Shown here one piece after another: positions 17,805-27,986 of a stretch of 64,000 nucleotides of DNA. The DNA is taken from the NCBI GenBank assembly GCA_047404175.1, contig JBDOIW010000002.1, positions 22,499 through 86,498 on the forward strand, read 5' to 3'. The notes under the pieces are model-generated. The model saw nothing but the letters and a program-made list of their open reading frames with translations. It made no database searches and had not been told where the DNA came from. The DNA is from Legionellales bacterium. Its GTDB lineage: Bacteria > Pseudomonadota > Gammaproteobacteria > M30B25. The position numbers and the translations under genes were made by a program. Every line of letters begins with the position of its first letter. The first letter of the stretch is position 1.

Positions 17805-17845
17805 GAGGGATCCCTGATGGCTAGACCGTCAAAAAGGCAAGGAGT

Positions 17846-19399
17846 TTAAAATAGCATTAATCCTTGCTTTGTTGCTTGCTTCCAAAGAGTCTGGCGAAGG
17901 GGCCCTGTAATGGCAAGTGATAGGTTGTCATCTTGTGTGGCAATGCTTAGATCGGGGTATGTGCGAAGCAAAGTCTGATACTTCGCGAGTAAATAAGCAT
18001 TATAGCCATAGTGAAAATAAGGTTTTTCATCAGGTGAATAGCTATCTAAGACATAGGTGCCCGCAATGTCTGATAGTTTTTGTTTGCTATGGAGGTGATT
18101 GCTAGGAATTAGCACGGTAGGAATGTCGTCAGCATAAAAAAAGCGAAGTAAGGGGATTATTTTACTGGCCTCTTCATAGCTTGAGAAAAGTATAATGCTG
18201 TCAAAATCTTGGCGACGCGTTGACGCCACAGACATGGGGGTCCATGTTGCGCTTCTGATTTGTTCATAGCGTGGTTTACTGCTGTCCAGGCCCATCAGGC
18301 TTTTTATGGCTTGAGTATGATCTTCTTGTTGGTTAGTTGCTAAGATCGCGGTACTTTGAATGTTGGCGCTTTTAAGAGCCTTTAACATATGTTGGCTTTT
18401 GTTTTTTTGTTCACGCTCATAAATAATGATAGGGTGACTTCGTCCAAGATCTTGTAGTTTGTGCGTTACGGCTATATATTCTTGGTTTTTCCAGCTTTGT
18501 TGCTGAAAGGGAGGTGAAACAACCCAGTTTTTATAGTCAGGTTTGTTTGCTGATGTGTGGACAATGGTATGACATGATGAGAGTGTTTTGTTTGGTTTGT
18601 CCCATAATAGCTGTATTTTTTTACCATGTTTGTCATCAAAGAAGGCTTGGGTAAGACCTTTGTTGAAAGATTTTTTTGGATCCTGATCATCGAGGCATAG
18701 CTGTGACATGGAAGTAGGTTCTTTTTCTGTACGCGTAAGTAGTGAGTTAGCCTGGTGATGTGGGTTTCCCCCCTTCCATTGACGAATCTTTTTGTCAAAT
18801 GTGCTTATTTTTCCATCAAAGGTGATGAGGATTTTGGCAAGATCTATCCATGTTTTGGCTTCTTTGCTTATGGAAGCAGAGGGCTCACTCAGGCTTAATT
18901 GCGCTAGTCGCCAAAGTTGTTTTGTATGCGTGTTTTCTTGGTTTGGCAAAAGGAGTGTAAATTCGAGTGCTTTTAACCAATGGCGGTTGATTTGGCTAAG
19001 TTTAGCTTCAAGTGCTAGCCATTGATTGCGTAGAGGTTTATTCAGTGTATTAGGATTCAATGGTTGTAAGAGCTTTGCTGATTGTTGATACCGATGTTTG
19101 TGTAAGGCCAGTTCTGCTAACAAGATTTGGCGCCAAAGGTATTCTTCTTGATTTAAGTCATTGCGGTGGAGAGAATGCAGGCTTTGCTCGGCTTGTTTGT
19201 CAAGGTGGTGGGCAAGGCTTTTTTGAGCACATAATAGTATTTGATGTGGTTGAGAGATGGATTGTTGACTTAATGCATAACAATAGGCAAATGTCTCTTC
19301 TACACTGGATAGAGGCTGTTTTTCACCTATATTTGTGTGCTGACAGCTTGCGAGAAGTGATAAACTCACCAGAGCAAAGCAGATCTTTTTGATGTTCAA
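17846..19399 (-). CDS. lpoA: penicillin-binding protein activator LpoA-like lipoprotein
   Basis: Lipobox 'LLASC' after 'NIKKICFALVSLS', with a probable TTG start near 19399-19402 (the ORF track extends to 19489). Helical N-terminal half and a periplasmic-binding-like C-terminal half. It is divergent from rsmI, as in E. coli. Confidence 0.55.
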   Translation of the reverse strand: MNIKKICFALVSLSLLASCQHTNIGEKQPLSSVEETFAYCYALSQQSISQPHQILLCAQKSLAHHLDKQAEQSLHSLHRNDLNQEEYLWRQILLAELALHKHRYQQSAKLLQPLNPNTLNKPLRNQWLALEAKLSQINRHWLKALEFTLLLPNQENTHTKQLWRLAQLSLSEPSASISKEAKTWIDLAKILITFDGKISTFDKKIRQWKGGNPHHQANSLLTRTEKEPTSMSQLCLDDQDPKKSFNKGLTQAFFDDKHGKKIQLLWDKPNKTLSSCHTIVHTSANKPDYKNWVVSPPFQQQSWKNQEYIAVTHKLQDLGRSHPIIIYEREQKNKSQHMLKALKSANIQSTAILATNQQEDHTQAIKSLMGLDSSKPRYEQIRSATWTPMSVASTRRQDFDSIILFSSYEEASKIIPLLRFFYADDIPTVLIPSNHLHSKQKLSDIAGTYVLDSYSPDEKPYFHYGYNAYLLAKYQTLLRTYPDLSIATQDDNLSLAITGPLRQTLWKQATKQGLMLF

Positions 19400-19472
19400 C
19401 AAAGAAAATCCTGTGGTTTTTTTTACTTTTATTGTACATTGAATTGAAGCAATCGACCAGTGGCTTCTTGCC

Positions 19473-20309
19473 ATGAAACAACAATCCATACAATCGTGCC
19501 TTTACGTTGTTGCAACCCCCATTGGTTGCTTAGCTGATTGGTCCTATCGTGCTATTGAGGTTCTTAAGCAGGTTAATCTTGTATTGGCTGAGGATACTAG
19601 GCACTCGAGGATTTTACTTGATCATTATCATATTGATTGTCCACTGAAATCATTGCACCGTTTTAATGAGCAAAATCAGGCAGGTTATTACATAGACCAG
19701 TTATTAGCTGGAGACTCTCTGGCTCTAATCAGTGATGCAGGCACACCTTTAATCAGTGATCCAGGCCAGAAGCTAGTTAGCCTTTGTCATGAGCAAGGTA
19801 TCAGGGTTATTCCCATTCCTGGTCCGAGTGCACTAACAGCGGCATTGAGTGCAATAGGTTTGGGGGATAAGGGGTTTTCTTTCTTGGGTTTTTTGCCTAG
19901 TAAGCCCACAGAGCGCAAGTCTATGCTTGAATATTATACTGATCAGGCTCTTTGTACAGTCTATTATGAGGCTCCTCACCGTATTCAAGCAAGTCTTGAA
20001 GATTTACTACATATTGTAGGGCCTGATAGAAAGGTTGGTGTTGCAAGAGAAATGACAAAGCGCTATGAGTCCATCAAGTGCTTACCTTTGTCGCAATTAT
20101 ATGCTTGGATAAAAGAGGGGGAGCAGCAGCTCAAAGGTGAGTTTGTGGTTGTAGTCGATCAGCAAGAACCAGAAGCCCCTGATATAAAAGAGGCAAGGCG
20201 AGTATTAGCTGTTCTACGTCCCTTTTTATCCCACAAGGATGCAGCGAAAGTAACGTCGGAGATCACCGGTGTGCCTAAAAATACCATTTATGCATGGAAT
20301 AAAGAATAA
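19473..20309 (+). CDS. rsmI: 16S rRNA (cytidine1402-2'-O)-methyltransferase RsmI
   Basis: 'LYVVATPIGCLADWSYRAIEVLKQVNLVLAEDTRHSRILL' and 'SDAGTPLISDPG'. Confidence 0.95.
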   Translation: MKQQSIQSCLYVVATPIGCLADWSYRAIEVLKQVNLVLAEDTRHSRILLDHYHIDCPLKSLHRFNEQNQAGYYIDQLLAGDSLALISDAGTPLISDPGQKLVSLCHEQGIRVIPIPGPSALTAALSAIGLGDKGFSFLGFLPSKPTERKSMLEYYTDQALCTVYYEAPHRIQASLEDLLHIVGPDRKVGVAREMTKRYESIKCLPLSQLYAWIKEGEQQLKGEFVVVVDQQEPEAPDIKEARRVLAVLRPFLSHKDAAKVTSEITGVPKNTIYAWNKE

Positions 20310-20346
20310 TCTTCTAATAAATGCTTTTTTTTGATAAGATAATTAT

Positions 20347-20688
20347 GAGAGTTGGCTAGGCAGTCGCTGCGTAAGCAGAGGAAAGTCCGGGCTCCATAGA
20401 GCGCAGTGCCAGGTAACGCCTGGGGGGCGAAAGCCTACGGAAAGTGCCACAGAAAATAAACCGCCTTAGGGTAAGGGTGAAATGGTGTGGTAAGAGCACA
20501 CCGCGCTTGTGGTAACACAAGTGGCAGGGTAAACCCCACTGGGAGCAAGATCAAATAGGGATCCACTGTTTTTTAACAACGTGTGGTTCGCACGTAGGAT
20601 TCGGGTAGATTGCTTGAGCGTTTAGGTGACTAATCGCCTAGATAAATGACTGTCCATGACAGAACCCGGCTTATCGGCTGACTCTCCT
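20347..20688 (+). ncRNA. rnpB: RNase P RNA, bacterial type A
   Basis: 'GAGGAAAGTCCGGGCTCCATAGAGCGCAGTGCCAGGTAACGCCTGGGGGGCGAAAGCCTACGGAAAGTGCCACAGAAAA' plus the 3' 'ACAGAACCCGGCTTATCGGCTGACTCTCC'. The 5' GAGAGTTGGC pairs with the 3' GCTGACTCTC (P1). End coordinates are good to a few nt. Confidence 0.95.
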
Positions 20689-20761
20689 TATCCTATAATA
20701 CGGCAAATAGATTTAGTTATAAAAGCTTTCATGGGTGCTTTTAGGTAAGAAAAGTAAGTGC

Positions 20762-23491
20762 TTAAGGCTTCGGCAAAGCTGCTTGACGATCACCTTGTTG
20801 CTGTGACTGGGTTTGGTATCCAAAAAAAGAGACCGCTGCGTTGTTGTGTGAATGGACTAGGCCAAGACTTTTACGAATGACTTGTGACAAGTGTTTGTTG
20901 GATATGGTTTTGACAAGAGCATAAATGTTATTAAGATCTTCGGCCAGAGCTTTGCTTGTAGCATCATTGCAAGGCATGGATGTAAATAAGAGCCAGCGAT
21001 TGCGTAGTTGATAGCCTATCCATAGGCAATCCCATGTATATTGCGGTGAGGGAGTAGGGGTGATATGGTGTTGAATAGTATACAATGCTTCACGATTGTC
21101 TCTAGTGTTTTGGATCATGCGTGTCATTATTTCTAATCCAATCAGACGTATCTCTGCTGCTGATTTAGGCTGAAAATTATCCCAGTCTATTTGGTTGAGT
21201 ATCTCTGAAAAAAGATCAACTATCTCGCTAGATAGATCAATTTTTTCATGTTCAAGTGCTACTTGTTGAGCTAAATGAAACAAAATCCATTCTAAGTTTT
21301 TAGTGACCTCTTGCTCTAGATGAGCAATAAGTTCAGGCGTGCGATAGTTGATGGTATTGTCTTCAGATGCTCTTTGCTGAAGCTGCTCTACTACTGCATG
21401 ATTTTGTCCTAGTATTGCTTGGATCGTATCTATTTTCTTTTGTGTGGTTTCTCGATAACGCATTGAGTCATCACAAGCAGCAAATAAAACCGGCTCAAAA
21501 TAGATTAGAGGTGTACGGCTAAAGATAGCTTGTTGCTCTGGCTCTAATGTGGGAAAGCTCAAAGTGGATGACCATGGATTAAGAAGTCTGCTCCAAGTGA
21601 ACATAAGCTCATTGTGAATAAATGCGTGAGCAAACCTTTGTTCTTGTTGAGGCCACTCACTTCGGATGAGATTTATCCATTGTTGTTGTTTGAGCGCTTG
21701 CTGTTCAAATAGTTGACAAGATGAGTCAAGTAAGGAGCTTAGGTGCTGATGATCTATGGTTAATTCTCCAGCTAAATGGTGTGCCAGCATATCTGATTCT
21801 ATTAGAATGGATCGATGCTCAATCTGCATCATGGCTGCTTGAGAGAAAATCCATGGTCCTAAAAGCTCAAGAATATTCTCCTCGTTACATAGTAATATCT
21901 GTGTGTCTAGAGATTTGTAAAAGTTTTTTATGTTCTGCTTGATATTCTCTTGCTCTTGATGATAAGCATGAGTGGCTCCTTCGTGAAGTATGGAGTCAAG
22001 AAAATCGTAGATTTTTTTATAGATGGAGTAGGTTTGTCCCCAATGGCGTTGCCAGAATGACGCTGTATTAAAAAGATGTGTGATATCTTGTTTTAAACTA
22101 TCAATAGTGTGCTGAAGTTGCTCATAATCAATGAAATGATATGCTTGCAATTGTTGTTTCATGGTTAACACCTGTTGCCAGAAATGTGGTGAGTATAAAA
22201 GTTTTCTTTGAATGCTATTACTAGCGCTATACTGTTTTAAAGGTGGAAGCATTAAGAAGATAGACAATGATATTGTTCTCGCCTTAATCGTTAGCGTTGT
22301 TTTATCTTCATAGGGGAATTGCTGAATAAAATCATAATAATCCTTTATCCAGGATAGGCTAGTGACTCTGCGGACTTGAGGCTGATTACTTTGATCATAC
22401 ATAATCGGTACTTTGTGGCGTGATAATTGCTCATGAATCCAGGCTATGGGGTCGGAAATCTCTAAACCTTGTTGAGTGCTAACACGAAGCCTATAGTGCA
22501 TGGCTTCCAATGTTAAATTGGCTTTGGTTAGTGTTGTCCTCACTTTGTTTTGGATATCTTTCAAGGCTTTATTGGTATGAAAAGAGTGATTAGTGTTCTG
22601 TGCAATTATTTTTTTCTCATACAAATTGAGAACTTTGAGTGTATGGAGAGCTTGCCTGCCATAATCGAGTAGTTGATGATGACTCATCAGTTGTAGTGTA
22701 AAGGCTGGTGATGTAGCTATTTCCTTGAGTGTGTTCAATGTTTGAGGGAGTGGTTTTGGATATCTAGGATAATGAGGGACCTCGGGTTCTTCTCTATGGT
22801 CGTAGTTTAGCTTAATCTTGGGTTTGTGCTCTAAATGTCTTGAGTACTCTTGAAATAGCTGTCTTCTTTGATGAGCAGATGATTTTGATGCCTTTGATGA
22901 GAATTTTTGGTGCCTATGAATGTCTTGTCGCAAATGCCACTCATGATTGAGATGGTTCCAAAGGGTAGGTTGCCTGAGTAGATTAACGGATAAAATTTGA
23001 AAGTGAAGTGTTGCTTTGATTTTGTTTTGTATTCTTGCTGCATGAATGATAGTTCGAGTGCAGGAAAGAAAATGTCTTCGGCTCCATACGATAGCAGCAT
23101 TGATTGTTTCTGGGATAGCTATTGTGCTTTGAAGTTGATGTAAGTCTTGAGTTCTTCTAAGAAAAAGATGGCATAATTTTCGGACCTGGTTTGTAGAAGC
23201 GGTTTGTAGTTCTCTTTGAATTAAATCATAGGCTTTGCAGAGTTTGGAAAATAAATTTACCGTTACACTCTGTCGGTTTAAAAGTTGTTTCGAGTTATCA
23301 TGCCGATCATGTAGATAATAGCATGGTTTTTCAAGCATACGATGCCAGTCATGGTAATGAAGGGTCATTTGTCTAGACAAGGCGGGAAGTTTTTTTTCAA
23401 GCCGATAAGTTTGAAGCCATGCATAGGATAAAAAATCAGTATGGGTCATAGTTTTTCCTTGTTTGAGTTGCAATGTTTTAAGCATAAGCAT
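20762..23491 (-). CDS. hypothetical protein (orphan, ~895-909 aa), His/Gln/Leu-rich and probably all-helical
   Basis: A very long ORF sitting where mraZ normally lies upstream of rsmH. No signal peptide. An alternative ATG at 23449 has AAGGA upstream. The C-terminus is '...LGLVHSHNNAAVSFFGYQTQSQQQGDRQAALPKP'. Confidence 0.6.
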   Translation of the reverse strand: MLMLKTLQLKQGKTMTHTDFLSYAWLQTYRLEKKLPALSRQMTLHYHDWHRMLEKPCYYLHDRHDNSKQLLNRQSVTVNLFSKLCKAYDLIQRELQTASTNQVRKLCHLFLRRTQDLHQLQSTIAIPETINAAIVWSRRHFLSCTRTIIHAARIQNKIKATLHFQILSVNLLRQPTLWNHLNHEWHLRQDIHRHQKFSSKASKSSAHQRRQLFQEYSRHLEHKPKIKLNYDHREEPEVPHYPRYPKPLPQTLNTLKEIATSPAFTLQLMSHHQLLDYGRQALHTLKVLNLYEKKIIAQNTNHSFHTNKALKDIQNKVRTTLTKANLTLEAMHYRLRVSTQQGLEISDPIAWIHEQLSRHKVPIMYDQSNQPQVRRVTSLSWIKDYYDFIQQFPYEDKTTLTIKARTISLSIFLMLPPLKQYSASNSIQRKLLYSPHFWQQVLTMKQQLQAYHFIDYEQLQHTIDSLKQDITHLFNTASFWQRHWGQTYSIYKKIYDFLDSILHEGATHAYHQEQENIKQNIKNFYKSLDTQILLCNEENILELLGPWIFSQAAMMQIEHRSILIESDMLAHHLAGELTIDHQHLSSLLDSSCQLFEQQALKQQQWINLIRSEWPQQEQRFAHAFIHNELMFTWSRLLNPWSSTLSFPTLEPEQQAIFSRTPLIYFEPVLFAACDDSMRYRETTQKKIDTIQAILGQNHAVVEQLQQRASEDNTINYRTPELIAHLEQEVTKNLEWILFHLAQQVALEHEKIDLSSEIVDLFSEILNQIDWDNFQPKSAAEIRLIGLEIMTRMIQNTRDNREALYTIQHHITPTPSPQYTWDCLWIGYQLRNRWLLFTSMPCNDATSKALAEDLNNIYALVKTISNKHLSQVIRKSLGLVHSHNNAAVSFFGYQTQSQQQGDRQAALPKP

Positions 23492-23562
23492 TACGGAGCC
23501 TTAAAAAAATACGGTTTTTTTTGCGTATTTCCTCAGGGGATGCTTTTTGCTACACTATCTAG

Positions 23563-24507
23563 GTGTCCCATCTATCTTTAGAAAATTTGAAGCACGCTGC
23601 AGTCATGTATCATGAAGTCCTAGAGGCTTTATCCATCAAGCCTTCTGGCTATTACCTTGATGGCACCTTTGGGCGCGGAGGCCACAGCCGTGGTATTCTT
23701 GAGTCTCTCAATGAGCAAGGTAGATTGTTCGTGGTTGATCGAGACCAGATGGCTATTGAGGAAGCTCAGCAGCTTGCACTTTCTTTTCCCAGTAAGATGC
23801 AAATATACCCTGGTGATTTTGCTGGCGTCATGCAGGATGAGCTTGGCGATTTTTCTGGTCAATTTTCGGGTATTTTGCTTGATTTGGGTGTCTCTTCACC
23901 ACAACTTGATGAGGCTACTAGAGGATTTAGCTTTTCTCAAAATGGTCCGCTAGACATGCGTATGAATCAGCAAGATGAGCTGGATGCCGCTTCGTGGCTA
24001 GCTTCTGCCTCTCAGGATACTATTGCTCAAGTACTATGGGAATATGGTGAGGAGCGCTATGCTCGAAGAATTGCCCGTGCTATTTGTGAACAAAGACAAG
24101 AAAAACCACTTAACACAACATTTGAACTTGTTGAGCTTATTACTCATGCAATGCCCCGAATCGATAAACACAAGCATCCTGCAACTAGAAGTTTTCAAGC
24201 TATTCGTTGCCACATCAATGATGAGTTGGGGCAGATAAAGCGCGCTTTGGATGCCATTGACACACTGTTAGCACCTGGTGGTCGATTGTGTGTCATGACT
24301 TTTCACTCCTTGGAAGATCGTTTGTGTAAACATTGGATGAAAAAGCAGCTAATTCATGATGTTCCCAGTAAATTACCTATCAAAGACATTGATGTGCCAA
24401 AGACCTACCGTTTGATTACAAAAAAACCAATCATAGCTAGTGATGAAGAAGTTAAAGTAAACCCTCGAGCTAGAAGTGCAAAACTACGAGTGATAGAAAA
24501 ACTATGA
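23563..24507 (+). CDS. rsmH: 16S rRNA (cytosine1402-N4)-methyltransferase RsmH/MraW
   Basis: 'YHEVLEAL...YLDGTFGRGGHSRGIL', 'DLGVSSPQLD' and 'SFQAIRCHINDEL'. The GTG start is uncertain. Confidence 0.95.
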   Translation: MSHLSLENLKHAAVMYHEVLEALSIKPSGYYLDGTFGRGGHSRGILESLNEQGRLFVVDRDQMAIEEAQQLALSFPSKMQIYPGDFAGVMQDELGDFSGQFSGILLDLGVSSPQLDEATRGFSFSQNGPLDMRMNQQDELDAASWLASASQDTIAQVLWEYGEERYARRIARAICEQRQEKPLNTTFELVELITHAMPRIDKHKHPATRSFQAIRCHINDELGQIKRALDAIDTLLAPGGRLCVMTFHSLEDRLCKHWMKKQLIHDVPSKLPIKDIDVPKTYRLITKKPIIASDEEVKVNPRARSAKLRVIEKL

Positions 24508-24830
24508 GTTCACAACCTGTGCAACATTTTTTTGCAAAACATACCTCGCTATTTGGCTTTTCAAAATTTAATGCTTATTTGCTTACATTATTGTGTTTGG
24601 CTTTTGGATTAGTTGCCGTAAAAGATTGGAATAGGCGTTTAATGAGAGATTACCAAAAGGTTTCAGTGGCGCTTGATCATGCTAAGATTCATGGGGAAAC
24701 TTTGTTGCTTGAAAAAAATGCTTTGCTCTCTGAGGATGCTTTATCAGCTAGACAAAAGCGTGAGAAACGTTTACATTTTCCTGGTGCCAAAGAGCGCTTT
24801 GTTTTACAAGTTCATAAGCCGGGGGAGTAA
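24504..24830 (+). CDS. ftsL: cell division protein FtsL
   Basis: A small bitopic protein ('YLLTLLCLAFGLVAV' followed by a coiled coil) in the conserved slot between rsmH and ftsI. Confidence 0.8.
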   Translation: MSSQPVQHFFAKHTSLFGFSKFNAYLLTLLCLAFGLVAVKDWNRRLMRDYQKVSVALDHAKIHGETLLLEKNALLSEDALSARQKREKRLHFPGAKERFVLQVHKPGE

Positions 24831-26519
24831 GTGAGATACACTTGGCGTTTTTACACAATTATTTTGCTTTTTCTCATGCTTTTTTTTGCTTTGCTTTATC
24901 GAGTTTATGATTTGACTGTTGTACAGCATGCCTTTCTTTTAGGTGAGAGTGAAAAAAGAAGTGTGAGATTGGATAGTGCATCATCTCATCGTGCTATGTT
25001 GGTTGATCGAGAAGGAATTCCTCTCGCGATTAGCATCCCTGCAATTTCAATATGGATAAATCCAAAAGAAATTGATGATTTTGATCGTTTTAATTGGCAA
25101 GTATTAGCCGACGCATTAGGGGTTTCTTCCGCGTCTATTCGCACAAAGATAGAAAGGCATCGCCATAAGCAATTTATCTATTTAAAAAGACGTTTGCCAC
25201 CTCAGCAAGCAAAAGCTTTTGATTCATTAGAAGCAGTTCATCAGATACAAGAGTTTAAGCGTTTTTACCCTCAAGGTGCTATGGCTGCGCACTGGGTGGG
25301 TAAAACCAATATTGATGATCAAGGGATTGATGGTGCGGAGTTATTATTTGATCAAACGTTAACAGGAGTACGTGGCGCAAGCTTGGTTGTTAGAGACCGA
25401 GAGGGTGCTATGGTGAAACGGTTAAAAGATTTACAAATGCCGGAGCCAGGGGCTTCAGTGGCATTAAGTATGGACACTAGAGTGCAGTGGGTTGCGTATC
25501 AAGCATTAAAAGAAGCCATTGAGAAAACAGAGGCCGCTTCTGGTTCTGTTGTGGTGGTTAAAGCGAAAACAGGGGAGATCTTGGCAATGGCTAATACGCC
25601 TAGTTATAATCCCAATCGTTCGATTCATTGCAAAGATCAGTGTAACCGAAATCGGGCTCTGAGTGACATGTATGAACCAGGGTCGACACTTAAGGCGTTT
25701 AGTGCAATGGCAGCACTTGAAAGTGGGCAGTATCAATTAGATTCCATTATTGATACAGGCAAGGGCACAATGCAATTGGATCGGCATACCATTAGTGATC
25801 ATGGTAAAGCTTTTGGTGAAATTAGTTTGCAAGATATTTTAGTAAAGTCGAGTAATATTGGTATAGCTAAGGTAGCTTTGTCTCTATCTAATACCACGTT
25901 ATATGATCAGTTTTACTGGCTAGGGTTTGGTTCCCCCACTTTGCTAGGGCTGCCAGGGGAAACGCCAGGGCGTTTGGTTCAGCCTGATCAAATTAAACCT
26001 GTTAATATCGCAAGTTTATCTTATGGCTATGGGATTGCTGTATCTTCCATACAGCTTGCTCAAGCGTATAGTGTTCTTGCTAATGATGGTGTCCGTATCC
26101 CATTGACTATATTGAAGCAAGATTATTCCTCTCCAGACCCTGTTGGGGAAAGGATTTACCAATCGCGCAATGTTCGTATGCTTCTGAGTGCTCTGCATCG
26201 AGCAGCAAGTAAGGGTGGAACGGCTGCGAAAGCAAGGGTGCCTGGCTACGATGTGGCAGGCAAAACAGGCACAGCTTATATCGCTGGATCAAATGGTTAC
26301 GATAAAAAAGACCGCCATTATGTAAGTTCTTTTGCAGGTGTAGTACCTTTTCCTGATCCTCAGTTAGTCATTGTTGTCACGTTACGTGATCCTAAAAAAG
26401 GTCATTATGGAGGTCAGGTTGCGGCACCTGTCTTTGCAAAGGTTGCAAGTCATGCGATGCCCTTTTATGATGATAGTCTGTTACGTTTATCTAAAAAAGA
26501 GGTTGGAGATAAGCAATGA
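24831..26519 (+). CDS. ftsI: peptidoglycan D,D-transpeptidase FtsI (PBP3)
   Basis: N-terminal TM segment, SxxK 'GSTLKAF', SxN 'KSSNIG' and KTG 'AGKTGTA'. Confidence 0.95.
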   Translation: MRYTWRFYTIILLFLMLFFALLYRVYDLTVVQHAFLLGESEKRSVRLDSASSHRAMLVDREGIPLAISIPAISIWINPKEIDDFDRFNWQVLADALGVSSASIRTKIERHRHKQFIYLKRRLPPQQAKAFDSLEAVHQIQEFKRFYPQGAMAAHWVGKTNIDDQGIDGAELLFDQTLTGVRGASLVVRDREGAMVKRLKDLQMPEPGASVALSMDTRVQWVAYQALKEAIEKTEAASGSVVVVKAKTGEILAMANTPSYNPNRSIHCKDQCNRNRALSDMYEPGSTLKAFSAMAALESGQYQLDSIIDTGKGTMQLDRHTISDHGKAFGEISLQDILVKSSNIGIAKVALSLSNTTLYDQFYWLGFGSPTLLGLPGETPGRLVQPDQIKPVNIASLSYGYGIAVSSIQLAQAYSVLANDGVRIPLTILKQDYSSPDPVGERIYQSRNVRMLLSALHRAASKGGTAAKARVPGYDVAGKTGTAYIAGSNGYDKKDRHYVSSFAGVVPFPDPQLVIVVTLRDPKKGHYGGQVAAPVFAKVASHAMPFYDDSLLRLSKKEVGDKQ

Positions 26520-27970
26520 AGTTGTATGAATTGTTGCCGGAATGTCACCAGCACCCTTTAAAAGAGTTAGAAATAGGTTGTTTCCAAAGTGTTTCTTCTG
26601 CTATTCAGCCTGGAGATGTGTTTGTGGCACTACCAGGGGCTCGCCAGCATGGATTGGCTTTTGCTGATGAGGCCTTAGCTCGAGGAGCATGTTTGGTGTT
26701 AACACCATCATTGGAATCCTATCCCGCTCACCCTAAGATTATTGCGGTTGATCATCTGAAAGAACGGCTATCCTTTCTAATGACAACACTGTATGGTTTA
26801 GATGTTGAGCCATGGCGACCAGTTGCTATCACAGGAACTAATGGTAAGACATCATGCTGCCATTTTGTCGCATCAGGATTAAGATCTCTGGAGCGCTCTG
26901 TAGGTACTGTAGGAACTTTAGGGTGGGGTATTAGGCCAGGTGTATTTGAATCAACAGGCCATACCACGCCAGACCTTACTTCTTTGTACGGCATCATAAA
27001 ATGCATGCAGCAGTCCTCAGTAGAGGCTTTAGTCATGGAGGTTTCTTCACATGCTTTGAGTCAGCAGCGTGTGCAGGGTATTCCATTTGAAGTGGCTCTA
27101 TTTACTAACGTGACGCGAGATCATCTAGATTATCATGGCTCTTGGGAGGATTATGCGCAAACTAAAGCTAGCTTGCTTGATGTGCCAGCATTAAAAACTG
27201 CTGTTTTTAATGCTGATGACCCTTATCTTGTACGACTTAGTCAGGAAAATAGGGGGCGCTATGGTGTTTTAACTTATAGCCTCGAAGATGGTTCAGCTTC
27301 TATTGTGGCAAAGGATATTCATTACCTCCGTCATGGTACCCAGGCAAGAGTCCATACTCCTGCTGGCTACTTTGATATCGATATTCCGTTGGTGGGTGCT
27401 TTTAATTTATCGAATACGTTAGGAGCCATAGCAGTGTGGTATGCACAGGATTATTCCTTAGATTTAATCACTAAAATGGTGCGCTCCCTTGAAGCAGTTC
27501 CGGGCCGTATGCAATTGGTTCAGAGTCATTCTCAATCAGCTGCTATCTATATCGATTATGCGCATACCCCCGACGCTCTTGAAAAGGTTTTGTTGGCCTT
27601 GCGTCCCTTAACCGACGGACGTGTGATTTGTGTGGTGGGCTGTGGTGGTAATCGTGATCAAGGTAAGCGAGTCTTGATGGGGCAGGTTGCTGATTCATTG
27701 GCTGATGTTGTGATTATCACCAATGACAATCCACGTGACGAGGATCCAATGTCCATTGCAAAAACAATTCTTTCAGGCATTAATAGGCTAGATGATGTCT
27801 TTTTGAACTTGAATCGCGCAAAAGCCATTGAGCAAGCAATTGCTTTGGCGGAAGATCGTGATATAGTTTTAATAGCGGGTAAAGGCCACGAAACTGAGCA
27901 AGTCGAAGCAGGAAAAACAACCTACTTTAGTGACTTGGCTTGTGTGGAAGCATGCATCTGTAGCGATTAA
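26516..27970 (+). CDS. murE: UDP-N-acetylmuramoyl-L-alanyl-D-glutamate--2,6-diaminopimelate ligase MurE
   Basis: 'AITGTNGKTS', 'FTNVTRDHLDYHG' and 'DNPRDEDP' (the DNPR motif typical of mDAP-adding MurE). Confidence 0.95.
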   Translation: MKLYELLPECHQHPLKELEIGCFQSVSSAIQPGDVFVALPGARQHGLAFADEALARGACLVLTPSLESYPAHPKIIAVDHLKERLSFLMTTLYGLDVEPWRPVAITGTNGKTSCCHFVASGLRSLERSVGTVGTLGWGIRPGVFESTGHTTPDLTSLYGIIKCMQQSSVEALVMEVSSHALSQQRVQGIPFEVALFTNVTRDHLDYHGSWEDYAQTKASLLDVPALKTAVFNADDPYLVRLSQENRGRYGVLTYSLEDGSASIVAKDIHYLRHGTQARVHTPAGYFDIDIPLVGAFNLSNTLGAIAVWYAQDYSLDLITKMVRSLEAVPGRMQLVQSHSQSAAIYIDYAHTPDALEKVLLALRPLTDGRVICVVGCGGNRDQGKRVLMGQVADSLADVVIITNDNPRDEDPMSIAKTILSGINRLDDVFLNLNRAKAIEQAIALAEDRDIVLIAGKGHETEQVEAGKTTYFSDLACVEACICSD

Positions 27971-27986
27971 CATAAGGGATAAACAT

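Noticed and set aside
23507-23530. AAATACG-N10-CGTATTT inverted repeat in the 71-bp region between the 909-aa orphan and rsmH.
   Set aside because: The stem is AT-rich with a poly-T loop and sits between divergent starts, so it cannot be a terminator. It could be a protein-binding site, but a single weak occurrence is not enough to claim that.
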